DNA of 64,000 nt from Chrysemys picta bellii. Lineage: Eukaryota. The translations under genes were made by a program, and so were the position numbers. Below the pieces are notes generated by a model that saw only the letters and a list, made by a program, of their open reading frames with translations, did no database searches and was not told the DNA's origin. Shown piece by piece: positions 33,001 to 44,420 of this stretch; positions within the stretch are counted from its first letter, which is position 1, and every line of letters starts with the position of its first letter. The stretch is taken from assembly GCF_011386835.1 (NCBI RefSeq), contig NC_088792.1, positions 148,180,001-148,244,000 of the forward strand, in the 5' to 3' direction.

Positions 33001-36000
33001 CCCTCCTGGGCTCCCATGCTACATGCTCAGGCATTCGCCCTCGGGCAGACTCAGACTCCCATCCCCCAATGCAGACTATCCCAGCCACACTCCCCTGTCA
33101 GCATTCACAGACCACAGTAAGAACAGTCCCAGTTCGTCACATCTCCCCCCTTCGAGACCGAACTGAGCAGGGTCACTTTAGCCAGTGACCCGGGGAAGTT
33201 CGAACCTACCCCCGTTCCCATGGATGCCCCCGCATCCCTCCCATTCCTTGGTGAGAATTACACCAGGCCCCTCCAGTTTCACGCCCCCCCTTAGGTCGGG
33301 GGTGCTTGATGGCACTCGCAGTTCGCATGTGGGAAGGTTTATGCGGCCTGTGCCCTTTTCCCACCCCCATACCTCTGGGGTTCCAACTGGGCTGTGGTCT
33401 TCTCCCAGCGCTCCAGTCTGGAGGTCTGTGCTTTGGGCTCTCTTGGTTTAGAGCCGCCCTTTTAACCTTGGCCACCCTCCGGAAAGGATCCTTTATGCTG
33501 GGCAAGGGTCCTAAAGCTGTTTTCCCCTTGTCCTGGGCCTTCCTCCCCCTCTGACAGGGGTCACAGGATCCGCAGTACTGTCGGACAGTAACAAAGACCC
33601 CAGGCCAGTAAAAGCTCCGTAGCAGCCTCTGCTGGGTACGCCAGGTTCCCTGGTGCCCTGAGAGAGGAATGTCATGGGCCCGGCACAGCAGCTGGCGGCG
33701 ATACTTCTGGGGTACCACCAGCTGCCCCCTGATCCCCCCTGACTCCATTTTCCCTGGGGGAGCCCATTCTCGGTACAGGAACCCCTTCTCCCACAGGAAC
33801 CTTTTCCGGCCACCTCGTCCCATGGTCTGTACCGCATTGAGGTCGGCCAGGTCCCTTATCTTCCGCAAGGAGGGATCTCTCTGTACCTCGGCCTGGAACT
33901 CAGCAGCTGGGACAGGGATGGCCACCTGCTCTTTCTCGCCCACTGGGTCTGAAGCTGTAGCTTCCCTGAGCCGTGTCCCTGGGCGTTCCCTCCCCACCAG
34001 GTTAGGGTCCTGCGCCTCAGGCAAGGCACCCCCCCCCAAGGCCAGGGCGCAGTGCCCCTCGCCGGCTCTGACTGCGGGTCACAACCAGTGCCTTTTGGGG
34101 GTTGCTTGGCCAGTTCTCCAGGTCCCCCCCCATCAATACCTCAGTGGGCAAATACGGGTGTACCCCCACATCCTTGGGGCCCTCCTTGGCCCCCCACTTC
34201 AGGTGTACCCTTGCCACGGGCACTTTGACTGGTGTTCCGCCCACCCCCGTCAGGGTCAGGTAGGTGTTGGGCACCACCTGATCTGGGGCCACCACCTCGG
34301 GCCAGGCCAGCGTCACCTCTGCGCCCGTATCCCAGTATCCATTGACCTTCCTCCCATCCACCTCCAGGGGAACAAGGTACTCTCTCCGGAGGGACAGCCC
34401 CGCGCCCACCGTATAAACCAAAAACCCTGAGTCTGGAGCATCCAGCCCCCTAGAGGAGCTGGCCTGGGGCCCTTCTCTCTCTTGAGCAGTTGATAAGCTG
34501 CCAGCCCCTCTTGCGTGAGAAGCCTGCCCCTCGTCCGTCTGGGCCTCTACCAAGTTAACCCGGTGCGGGTTCGGTCTGTTCAGTCCGTCCTTGAGCTTGG
34601 GGCACTGGGCCCGAACGTGGCCTCTTCGGCCGCAGTAATAGCAGCTCATGTCCCGTGGGTCCCCTCGAGCCGGTCGGTTGTCCCTGACGCTGGGCATTCC
34701 CCGTGGGAGGGGATTCCCCATATTCCCCCTTTGGGAGGTCCCAGGGTGACTCTCTCTCTGCATCGCGGCGGGCCTGTTCCTTTGGGGCTCCTCCCTGCCA
34801 CCCCCTGACCGGCTCTTTACAAACTCATCGGCCAGCCGCCCTGCGTGTCGCGGGTTCTCTGGCTTTCTGTCCACCAACCACAGCCTCAGGTCGGATGGCC
34901 TCATACAGTTGCTCCAGTACCAGCAATTTAATCAGGTCCTCCTTCGTCTGGGCCTCATCAGCCCACTTGCTGGCGTATCTTTCCATGCGGACGGCTAGTT
35001 GCAGATATGAGATCTCAGGGGTTTTATCCTGACTCCGGAACCTTTCCCGGTACATCTCAGGAGTCAGCCCAAACTCTCGTAGCAGGGCCTTTTTGAATAG
35101 TTCGTAGTCCCCTTTCTCTGCCTCTTCCAGTTGGCGGTACAATGCCACGGCTTTGGGGTCCAGTAAGGGGGTAAGGACCCGGAGTCTGTCCGCGGGATCA
35201 ACCCGGTGCAGCTCGCAGGCCGTCTCAAAGGCCTCCAGGAAGTCATCCATGTCCTCCCCCTCCTTGTGTGGGGCCAGGATGCACTTATCAAAGCTCCGTG
35301 CAGTCCTGGGTCCCCCCTCACTCACCGCAGCCGGGGGTTCGCTGCCCTTCAATCTTGCCAGTTCCAGTTCATGCTGTCTCTGTCTCTCTTTCTCCTCCCG
35401 TTCATGCTGTCTCTGTCTCTCTTGTTCACGATCCCCCAGCTCTCTCAGTTTTAGCTCTTTCTCCCATTCCAGCCAATTCTGCTCCACGGATGCCGAACGT
35501 CGCCGGGAGGATCCTCTGCTGGCCGGGGGGGTCACGGCGCCCTCGGTATTTGCTGGGCTCCTCCCCACCCTTCCCCTAGGCATAGGAAGGAGGGGTCTCG
35601 GGAAGCCCTCAGCAGCCGGCTGACCACTCCCAGCTGGTACAGACACTGGTGCCTGCGCTGCATTTGCCAGGCTGCTTCCCTGAGACACAGGGATCAGTTC
35701 ATTCGCGCGATCTTCCGCCTCCAGCCGGGCAATGAGCTGTTCTTTGGTGAGCCTCCCACTGCGCAGCCCCCTCTGCTTGCACAGCTCCACCAGGTCGCTC
35801 TTAAGCCGCTTGGCATACATCTTCCTGCTGGCCACTCACCGGCCTGTGTGCTCACAGCTCCCCACAGTTCCCAGGGGGACCCCTAGTGTGCCAGCCCTTC
35901 TCGAGGTCACCACCTCTCTGCCAGGGTCGAGCTGCAGACTCCTCCGCCCCTGGGACCACTCGCTGCGATCCCCCCGGGGGACCCTGTTACTGCAAAAGTC

Positions 36001-39000
36001 CTTCTCGCTGGTCACACACTCCCAGGGGTAATAGCCGTCTCTCTCTCACTCTTCAGCCCGCCTGGTCCCTGTCAATCCCCCTTCGTTTTACTGCTCCCCA
36101 GTCACTTACTGCAGGAAGCGCCGTCCACGGGGTGCAGTAGATCCCGCCGCTGCCACCAGTTGTCACGGAGTATTGGGGGACTCAGGGCCCTGCACCCCTG
36201 GCTTCCTGCGATTCACCATGACTCTCAGCCAGCCAGTAAAGCAGAAGGTTTATTTGGATGACAGGAATACAGTCCAAGACAGGTCTTGCAGGCACAGACA
36301 ACAGGGCCCCCCTCAGTTAGGTCCAGCTTGGGGTCCCAGGGCATCCCAGCCCACCCCCCTTTGGGGGGTCAGAGCCATCTCTGTCTCCCAGCCATCTCTC
36401 CAGCCCGCTTCCAGCACTCTGCCTTCAGCCACCCCTCCCACAGCCTTTTTTCAGTTTCCCAGGCCAAGGTGTCACCTGGCCTCCAACCCCCTCCTGGGCT
36501 CCCATGCTACATGCTCAGGCATTCGCCCTCGGGCAGACTCAGACCCCCATCCCCCAATGCAGACTATCCCAGCCACACTCCCCTGTCAGCATTCACAGAC
36601 CACAGTAAGAACAGTCCCAGTTCGTCACATAAGCTTAATATACTAAAGAGATTGGATATGAGTAGCAACTTCTCACCCCAGTTGATGGTTCAAGCAGGCT
36701 GCAGAGATCCTTAGGGGGCCAGCTGCACTTGCTTACAGCTTAAAAGTTCCTCTAGCCTGTGTCCAGCACTTCCCCCATTTCAGTCTTTGGTCCTTGGGTG
36801 TTTCCAAGAGTCTCTTGGGGGAAGTCAGTGAAGAACCCTGATGATGTCACTCCCCTGCCTTAAATAGCTTTTGCATATGGTGGGAACCCTTTGTCTCCAA
36901 GCTTGGCTCCCATGCCTTTCAGTGGAAAAACACTGGGATTCCAAGATGGAGTCCAGCACCAGGTGACCTATCCCTGTAGTGCCACAGCAGCCATTGCTCA
37001 GAGGCCATTTGTAGCATCCTCAGGAAGACCCTCAGGTGGGGAATAAGCACCTTCTAAGGCCTACTGTTCTCCTTAATGATTCATTAATTTGAATGGGCCC
37101 TTCCCAGCCAGCCATCTAGACGAGTGATTTTCAAACTGCGGGTCGCGACCCAGTACTGTTAAAAGTCCCATCAGTGGTGCTGCCTGGCTAAGATAGGCTA
37201 GTCCCTACGTGTTCTGACACCGAGCTGTGCCCTGGAAGCGGCCAGCAGGCCCAGCTCCTAGGTGGGGGGGAGCCACAGGGCTCTGCCTTCTGCCCCCGCC
37301 CCAAGCACTGGCTCTGCACTCCCGGCCAATGGGAGTTTGGTGGGGGGGTGCCTGTGGGCGAGAGCTGTACGGAGCCACTTGTGCACCTCTGCTTAGGAGC
37401 TGGACCTGCTGCTGGCCACTTCCGGGGTGCAGCACGGTCCGCAGTGCCAGGACAGGCAGGAAGCCTGCCTTAGCACCCCTGCTGCACCACTGACCTGACG
37501 CTGCCTGAGGTAACCCCGTGCCCCAATCCCCTGCCCAGCCCTGAGCCCTCCCAAACCTGGAGCCCCTTCATGCACCCCAAACCCCTTGTCCATGGCCCCA
37601 CCCCAGAGCCTGCACCCCCAGCCCAGGGTCACCTCCTGCACCCCAACCCCTTGCCCCAGCCCTGAGCCCTTCCCACACCCCAAATCCCTCATCCCCAGCT
37701 CTGTTGGGTTGCGGGCATCAACAATTTTCTTTAACTGGGTGCCCAGAAAAAAAGTTTGAAAACCACTGCCCTAGTGGGCGTTCCCCAAGCGTAAACACAT
37801 TTGTAATACAGATACACAGTCAATATTTCGCAATTCAGATACAGAAATGATCCATGCACACAAGTAGGATAATCATATTCAGTGAAGCAGAACCTTTCCA
37901 ATGACCCCTCCCATGCCTTATCTGGCATACAGTCTATCAGAATTGGGCCAGAATGCTCCTCGCTCTGAAGAATACAGGGTGCAGTGTCCCAGGAGCCATC
38001 CCCAGGTGCCTCGTTTCAGTGGCGTTAATGGCCCTGGGGTCTGCGAGGGCTTGTTGCTGGGGCTGTGTTTGTGAGCACAGCTGGCTTGGGGGCACCTCCC
38101 ACAGCTGGCCGCGAGGTGGAGCTGATGGTTCCCAGCCCGCTTCTCTAGCCCCACACATCTCACGTCAGAGCCACGGCCCAGCCATGCAGCTGGAGTCCCG
38201 GAGGGGGAGTGCCCCATGGCTCCTGGTGTGGCTGGGGTCCTCTGGGTGTGGGGGGAGGTAGCCCCCAGCCCTGCTAACAGTCTGTCTCTCGGCAGTGGTG
38301 CTGATCTGCTTCCTGCGCTACGGGCAGCTGATTGAGCAGAGCCACCGCTCCTGGGTCAACACGACGGCGCTTGTCGCGGGCTGCACCAACGCTGCCGGCC
38401 TCGTCGTGGTTGGCAACTTCCAGGTGGGCTGGGCAGGAGCCACCCTGCTTGGGCCAGCACCTGGCAGGGGCCAGGCTCTTCTCCTGCCCTGGCACCCTCA
38501 GCCTCTATCCCCCGTACCCTAAGCTAGCTGTGATGTCCCTTTGCTGGGGGGAGGCTGCTGCCTGTCTGGCCATGGGGGGAGGAGGGGGCAGATGCTAGCT
38601 CCCCAGAAGGGCTGGGTGAGAAGAGAGGAAGGGGCTTGGCAGCTGTGGAGCAGGGCATGTCTGGGGCATGTGGGGTGATAGGGAAGCAGCACAGAATGGG
38701 AGGAGCTACTGGGGTACAGAAGAAGCAAGCCTGGGATGGGGGGGATTGTGCAGGGCCCCTGTGGTGTGAGATCAGCCAGGCTGAACTGGGAGGGGGGAAG
38801 GGGGGTTCTCAGGGGCAGGAATGGCCCAGGCTCATTGCTGTCCCTCCCTCTGCCCCAGGTGGACAACGCCAAGTCCCTGCACTACATCGGGGCAGGCATC
38901 GCCTTCCCAGCCGGGCTGCTCTTCGTCTGCCTCCAGTGCATCCTCACCTACCACACTGCCATCAGCGCCCTGGACGGCTGGATGGCGCACCTCCGCGTCT

Positions 39001-40248
39001 CGCTCACCGGCGTGGCCTTAATCGCCCTCGTCCTCAGTATCCTTCTGGCTGCGGGTTCCCAGCCACCTGCCTGGCCCCCTTGCTGCCCAGAAGGCACGGG
39101 GCACTAACCCCGGCTCGACATCCATGAATGTCACCTAGGTAACCGCGGGGCTGTGTCCTGCAGGCCGCACCAGGGAGCCTGCTGCCAGCTCTGAGCTAAC
39201 GCAGCTGCCCCAGGTTTGATCCCTGGGCCCGATGTCCCCCCGTGTCCTCAGAGAGCAGGGTAGTTCCCAGGGCTGGAGCAGAACATCAGGCTCTTCCCTA
39301 CTGCAGGGTAGGGGCATCACCTGGGGCCACGTCTGCTGCTGAAGGGGCTATAAACTAGCAGCTCCTCTCTGCGCCTCAAACGGGATGGCCTAGCACAGAC
39401 ACTGGGAAGGGCTGTGGCATATGGTGCCCTCTACAGCTCTGCCTGGCTGACCTCCCTGGTGCCAGTGTGCCCCCAGCATGCCAGGGGCTGGCCCTCTCCT
39501 GCTGTACTGATGATACATGGCAAGGTCCCCTGCCCCAGGCCTCACCTGTACCCACAGCCTCTAGCACTAGTGATCAGGGGCTGTGTGTTCCACCCTGCAG
39601 GCAGCACAGGGTTAAAGATACCCATTTGCCTGAGGCTAGAGCCACATCCCCCTCCCCATGGGCACCTCCTGCGGACAGGCTGGGGCGGGGGGGGGGGGAG
39701 GGGTAGTGAGCTCGAGGGTGGCCAGGCTTGGGGGCAGAGAAGGTTCATAAGGGTCATGCCAGGTGTGAGCTGGCCCAGGGGGCTTCTGGCATGCCTCCCC
39801 TCCCCTCCAGTGGGGGTATGGGGGTGGTGCCTGGAGTCAGTCCCCAGGGGGAGGGGAATGAGTGAAGCTGGTGCCCCTTCCCCCCATGGTTTGGGGAGGA
39901 GGGGCAGGACTCCAAGTCAGTGTGCAGGGTGGGGAGTGGGGTCTCTGTGACTCCACCCTCTGCTGAGGCCACCCCCAGTGGGTGCCTTTCCTTAGCCAGC
40001 CCCTAGGCGGTGTCTTCTTCATCCATGAGAGCCCCCTGCTGCAACACCTGGCGGCCATCTGCGAGTGGGTCTTCGTCATCGACATGCTGGTGTTCTATGG
40101 CACCTTCGCCTACGACTTCGGGGCCGTCTCCACCGACACCCTGGTGACGGCGCTGCAGCGGGCCAGCAGCCGGGGCTGCAAGTCGCCCGGTGGCAGCAGC
40201 ACCTCCACCCACCTCAACTGCACCCCTGAGAGCATCGCCATGATCTGA
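21026..40248 (+). CDS. TMEM150A: transmembrane protein 150A (DRAM/Frag1 family), 7 coding exons, 271 aa
   Basis: Exons 21026-21090, 25227-25274, 25875-25961, 28065-28132, 38296-38423, 38859-39036 and 40007-40248 total 816 nt in frame. Translation: [100 protein letters not shown]. Confidence 0.97.
22824..22847. repeat. (CA)n microsatellite
   Basis: Direct reading. Confidence 0.85.
26423..26688. mobile_element. non-autonomous hAT (MITE)
   Basis: Ends CAGGGCCGG and GCTGCTCCTG; perfect 8-bp TSD CTGAGCTG (26415-26422 and 26689-26696). Confidence 0.88.
26817..27892. mobile_element. solo LTR (probably Gypsy-type), about 1.08 kb
   Basis: TG...CA termini (TGTGACAGG...GGTGTCA); 5-bp TSD CCATG (26812-26816 and 27893-27897); no internal domains; homologous to the fragmented LTR starting at 29742. 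Confidence 0.8.
30138..30478. mobile_element. non-autonomous hAT (MITE) inside CR1
   Basis: TIRs CATGGGTGG and CCACCCATG; TSD TTGGAGTC (30130-30137) and TTGGACTC (30479-30486). Confidence 0.88.
31129..32204. mobile_element. non-autonomous hAT inside the CR1 3' UTR
   Basis: TIRs CAGTGGTGAGCTG and CAGCTCATCACTG; perfect TSD GATGGATC (31121-31128 and 32205-32212); internal GCCGAGCGGCTCCGGCC tandem units. Confidence 0.9.
32673..33141 (-). repeat. 3' LTR of the Gypsy element
   Basis: 469 bp, direct repeat of 36161-36629, preceded on the - strand by the PPT. Confidence 0.95.
33470..35820 (-). pseudogene. gag (SAP-like N-terminus, SCAN-like capsid, CCHC knuckle), aspartic protease and integrase HHCC; two frameshifts, truncated
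   Basis: [19 protein letters not shown] (ATG 35820), [61 protein letters not shown]. Frameshifts at about 34900 and about 34030 (C-run). Homology stops at PFRRVA, just before the first catalytic Asp of the integrase. Confidence 0.88.
36141..36158 (-). other. primer-binding site complementary to the tRNA-Leu 3' end
   Basis: The + strand reads ATCCCGCCGCTGCCACCA, versus the recalled tRNA-Leu(AAG) 3' end ATCCCACCGCTGCCACCA (17/18). It lies 2 nt from the 5' LTR. Confidence 0.8.
36161..36629 (-). repeat. 5' LTR of the Gypsy element
   Basis: 469 bp, adjacent to the PBS. Confidence 0.95.
37122..37768. mobile_element. non-autonomous hAT (MITE) inside the old LTR
   Basis: TIRs GAGTGATTTTCAAAC and GTTTGAAAACCACTG (13/15). 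Both flanks are NNCTAGNN (ATCTAGAC and CCCTAGTG) but are otherwise diverged. Confidence 0.75.
39037..40006 (+). other. U12-type (minor spliceosome) GT-AG intron, last intron of TMEM150A
   Basis: 5' site GTATCCTTCT; branch-site TTTCCTTAGC at 39987-39996, with the A 12 nt before the intron end; no polypyrimidine tract; junction required for frame. Confidence 0.88.
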
Positions 40249-42043
40249 GCAGGGGCTCCCCTCCCCCCCTCTTTGATTTTGTACCAAAAAACATTTTTTA
40301 AAGGAAAACACAGTATTGGGGCTGCCCCCCACAGCAGGGCCGAGCCCAGCAGACCTCCCTGCTCGCCAGCCTAGCTGCTGCATCGATGGCCAAAGGGCAC
40401 CCTCGGGTGGGGCCGACAGCCTTCTCCTACCCGGGCTGGCTCCCGCAGGCCCTCACTCCCTCTGCAGATCAGACCCCTGCCGGCAGCAGCTGCTCAGGGA
40501 AAGGAGACCGGAGCTGGCTGCAGGGCGCGACTGCTCATGCAGTCGGGGCAGCCTCTCCTGGGCGGGAGCCCTCTGCACAGGTTCCCTTGCTCAAGCCCCT
40601 GCCCCATTCAGGAAGGATTTGGGGTAACCCCATAGCAAAGTGGGGGGGACGCACAGGGCTGTTCGAACATGTCTGACCTTCAGAGGGAGGGTCTTTTCTC
40701 CCCCACCCGTTAACCCCTCTCCTTCCTCTCCCAGTCCTGGGGGAGGTCTTGGCAGTGGGATGGGGGATGACGTGGCAGGGGGTAGAGGCCTCGATCCCCA
40801 TCCTTCTGAGCCGGTTTCTTTGGGTAAACCGGATTGGTATTTTTAGTACTTTTTATATCTCTAAGGTGTATAAAGAGACTTGTATTGGAGCAGGGTGTGC
40901 TGCCTGGTCACTGGGGAGCTCCCTGCGGAGGAGCCCTGCATACCTGCCTGGGGTTGGCAGGGCTGTGCTGCCCACTGGGCCAGCCTTGGGCACGGCCGGC
41001 CAGGGCCTGGTTCCCCCCTTGCTCATGACACCTCGGAGCCCCTGTGGCAGGTGGCTGCCCCCTGCAGGCCCCAGGGGCAAGCCCTCTCGTGTAAGTGGGG
41101 TGGTCTGCTGCAGCTGGCTGGTTACTGAGCTGGGCCGGAGCAGGGGGCACCCACCAGCTTTTCATCCTTCATGGCCATGCCCTCCCTGCCTCCCTCAGCT
41201 GGACTTCCATTGCTGGGGAGCATAACCCCACTGGAGGCCAGGATTCTCTCACTGCCCCCCAGCTGGGTGATCTTGCCTGGGGGTGAGCAGAGAGTCCTGG
41301 GCCACACCAGGGACAACGCTGCCCAAATCCCTTTTCCATCAAGCTGGGGGTGGGGGGTAGCTGAATCCAAGAGAGGGTCCCCTGGGCCCAGCTGGGCTCC
41401 AGCTCCCCCTAACTGGGGAGGAGTGTCACACCAGCAGCCCCATTAAACACAGATTATGGGGAAACAGCCCAAATCCCCTGGCCCTCCCAGCCCCAGCTGT
41501 TCTGAGCTCGGTGCTGGTAGGGAGCAAGGAACACTGGGGCTGAACAGCAAAGGAGGAGCCCCATTCACTGCAGGGGACACCCCACCGCCACCCCCATCCC
41601 CCTCCTGGCACCAGCAACATGCTGTGATCTCCCTCTGAACAGCAGGGAGGGCCTGCCCCAGGCTGGCCTGCTATCACCCCACCACTGGGGGAGCTAGAGC
41701 CAGGGGCCCTGAGACAGCAATTGGGGGCATGCCCCTCTGAGTGGGGAGGGAGTTCCGCCCCCAGGCATGTTCCAGGCAGCCAGCTGGCTGTGGGGACTCT
41801 TGCAGGGGCCAAGGCTTAGGGCCCAGGGCAGGATCCAGCACCCACCTGCATGGGAATGAAAGACAGACCCACCCTCCTGGCCTTCCTCTACCCCAGCACA
41901 GTCATTCCTCCCCTCCCATTCCCTGGCTCCCCCGCAGAGATGGTTCCATACCCCAGACCCTCACCCCTCTGAAACCACACACCCCCAGCCCCTTTCACTC
42001 CCCAGTGATGCCCCATAAACACTCTGGGTCAGAGAAAAACCGC

Positions 42044-42049
42044 TTTAAT
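42044..42049 (-). terminator. candidate RNF181 polyadenylation signal (ATTAAA)
   Basis: ATTAAA on the - strand about 290 nt after the stop, followed by U/GU-rich sequence. Confidence 0.55.
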
Positions 42050-42331
42050 CAGCCTGGGGAGATGGCTGGACAGGGGGGTGGGGGTTAGTCAGTTACTCCT
42101 GCCCCTGTGGTGATCCCACAGCGAAGTGGGGGAGACTCCCAGGGCTGTTCCATGGGGATGCTGGGGCTGGTCAGCAAAGGAGGGGCCCCGTCCATGTCAG
42201 GACACTCCCTGCGGACCCAGCTCTGGAATGTACCCACCCTGATGGGTCACCCCCACTGACCCTGAGAGCCCCCCACCCAGAGAGGGCATCCAATGCCCCA
42301 GGCAGGCAGGGCCCAAGGTGGGCCCCCCCGG

Positions 42332-44155
42332 TCACGTGTACATGGCCCCATGCAGGTACTCCAGACGGTGCTCACGCTGCTGCCTCCGCACCTGAAACAT
42401 ACCAGGGCAGGCAGTGGTAAAGGCGAGCATCACCTGCCCCACCTAACACATCGCCCCCCCCCCCCCCCAGCACGGGCAGCAGGAGGCCCTGGTACCCACC
42501 ACGTTCCCCTCCCTCGCCGGGCAGTCTGCTGGGGCCCACAGCCAGACAGGGTGCTAAGTATTGGGCTTTAGCAGCATTTCACTGCAATTACAATCGCGCT
42601 TCGGGCCCGACCCCCCCACCATCATCATCCAGTGCAGCCAGACGAGTCCCTGGGCTGCCACCTCCAGCCTCTTCCCCAGGCATTGGGTGCCCTGTGACAA
42701 ACATACCCATGGCCGGCCAGGCAGGCTCAATTCTGGGCTGGAACAGCGGGGGGCTGCGGGTCAGCAGGGAGGGGCACCGGCAGAGCTACCAGGGATGGGG
42801 AAAACTGGCACTACTCCACCCGAATTACACCCCAGCCCAGCAGGCCCTGAATTCTCCCCCCTTCCTGGGCTCAGCGTTCAATTTTCTAATGCTTTGCTCC
42901 CCAGCCACTTGGCTTTAACCATTTAATGGCAGGAACGGAGCCTTTCCGTGCGCACCCACCCCTGCAGTGGGACCCCACACTGCCCACCCCTGGCTCACTG
43001 CAAGGGGCTGCGTGGTAACAAGCACCCCACCTTGTCTTTCTTGTACTCTTCGTACTCCTGGTCGTCCGTGGGCAGCTCGTGGCGGCACAGGGGGCAGGAG
43101 TTGGTCTGGGGGAGAGAAGAGAAATCTCGCTGACGCACCGTCCCCTCGCCCACCCTGGCACCTGCAGCCCCAGACCTTTTGGGCATCTCCTTGGCGCTGC
43201 CAATTCAGCAGAGGGTCACCTCCCATTGTTTCTGCTTTCAGTGACCTGGCTACAGCCAGCAGCTCGAAAGGGGCCAGCCCCAGCCAGGGGAGCAGAAGCA
43301 CAGCTGGCCCTGCAGGCTTGTGAAAGGAGTGGCACTTACCTTCCCCAGCCAGGGCAGGATGCAGCCCGAGTGGAAGAGATGCTCACAGGGCATCTTCCTG
43401 GCCCCCTCATCCTCCTCGAACTCCAGCAGGCACACGGGGCATTTCAGCCCTTTGTCTGGGCAGCAGCACCGGGCGGCGGGCAGGGGAGAGAGAAAAGCAT
43501 CAGGCTCATCCCGCCCACTCCCGCACCCGACGCCCCAGGACTGCGTGGAAACGGGCACCAGGACCTCGTCCTGAGCGCCACGGTCCGGCACTGACCCACC
43601 CCGCGGGAAGGGAAGCAGAGACCCCGAGTGCAGGCGCAGCAAAGCGTTTCTGTCAGCCGGACACCTGGGTCCAATCCTTGGTCTCATTCAGGGGCGAGGG
43701 GGCCCACAGCACTCCGCGGGGAGGGGGTTGGGGCAATGGGGCGGGGCACCAGCAGAGCCCCCAAGCTGCCCAGGCCCTGACGGGGGGGGGGGGGGGGAGG
43801 GGCTCCCTCACCTGCCTGGTCCGGCGTCACCCGCACCGTGGGGAGGCTCAACACGGCCCGGCGGGCGGCCGGCGGGGGCAGTCGCTGATCCCAGTCGGTG
43901 AAGTCCACGGAGCCCAGGTCGATCTGCTGCCCATTGAACAGAGTCCTGCGGGGAGAAGCCGGTCAGGGGCGGGGCCAGGCTCCTGCAGGGGGGCGTCACG
44001 GGGGGGGGGCACGTTCCCTGACCTCCCGGGGTACACGCGCCCCGCCCCCCGGGGCTGCACCCCCCTCACCGGGCGAGCTCCAGCAACACGTTCTCCCGGG
44101 CGCGCTCCGCGGGCTCGCCGGGCTCGCAGTTGTGCTCCTCGAAGTAGGAAGCCAT
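42332..44155 (-). CDS. RNF181: E3 ubiquitin-protein ligase RNF181, 5 exons, 156 aa
   Basis: Exons 44155-44070, 43945-43812, 43455-43340, 43105-43031 and 42391-42332 total 471 nt in frame. Translation: [34 protein letters not shown]../[48 protein letters not shown]../..[11 protein letters not shown] (RING-H2). Confidence 0.97.
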
Positions 44156-44420
44156 CGGGGCCAGTGACTCTCAGCCCGGCCCCGGCCCAATGGCCTCCCG
44201 AGACGGGCCGCGCCAGCCAATCCCCGCGGCCGGGGGCGGGGCTGGATGGGGAAGTAGCAGGGGAGCTAATCGCCAATTGGCCGGAAGTGAGGCACAGGGA
44301 TGCAGCCAGGAGCCAATTGGAACGCGCCGTGCGGAGAGGGGCGGTGATTCGTGCGGGACTGTCTGAGCCCCGGCCCGGACTGAGAGGGGGGCGGAGCTGG
44401 GAGGGCACCGCCCTAGGGGC
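44156..44420 (-). promoter_or_regulatory. RNF181 CpG promoter
   Basis: CCAAT boxes (about 44186, 44216, 44273, 44312), ETS/GABP-type CCGGAAGTG at 44281-44289, and GC boxes. Confidence 0.7.

Larger units (their letters stand above)
32673..36629 (-). mobile_element. Gypsy LTR retrotransposon, Gmr1-like, internally deleted (no RT, RNase H or integrase core)
   Basis: 469-bp LTRs (32673-33141 and 36161-36629, TG..CA) differ at 3 positions. TSD TAAGC (32668-32672 and 36630-36634). PBS 36141-36158. PPT AAGGGGGGAGA 33142-33152. Contains gag, protease and integrase Zn-finger remnants. Confidence 0.95.
29742..37989. mobile_element. older solo LTR related to 26817-27892, split into pieces by four later insertion events
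   Basis: Pieces at about 29742-29890, 32340-32672, 36630-37121 and 37769-37989 are collinear with the 26.8-kb LTR (for example GGGGTGCCACCTGG..ACCCACCAGCCTGGGCT and AGCAAACAGATCAAAGCA.GTTACCTAGCAAA). Confidence 0.75.

Noticed and set aside
32685-33188. Duplicated ORFs at 32685/36173 and 32798/36286 suggesting a gene duplication
   Set aside because: They are antisense translations of the two LTRs.
36141-36158. tRNA-Leu gene
   Set aside because: Only 18 nt match, including CCA, next to an LTR. This is a PBS.
43250-43687. 145-aa ORF extending RNF181 exon 3 upstream
   Set aside because: Read-through of intron 2. The canonical acceptor at 43456 gives the conserved protein.
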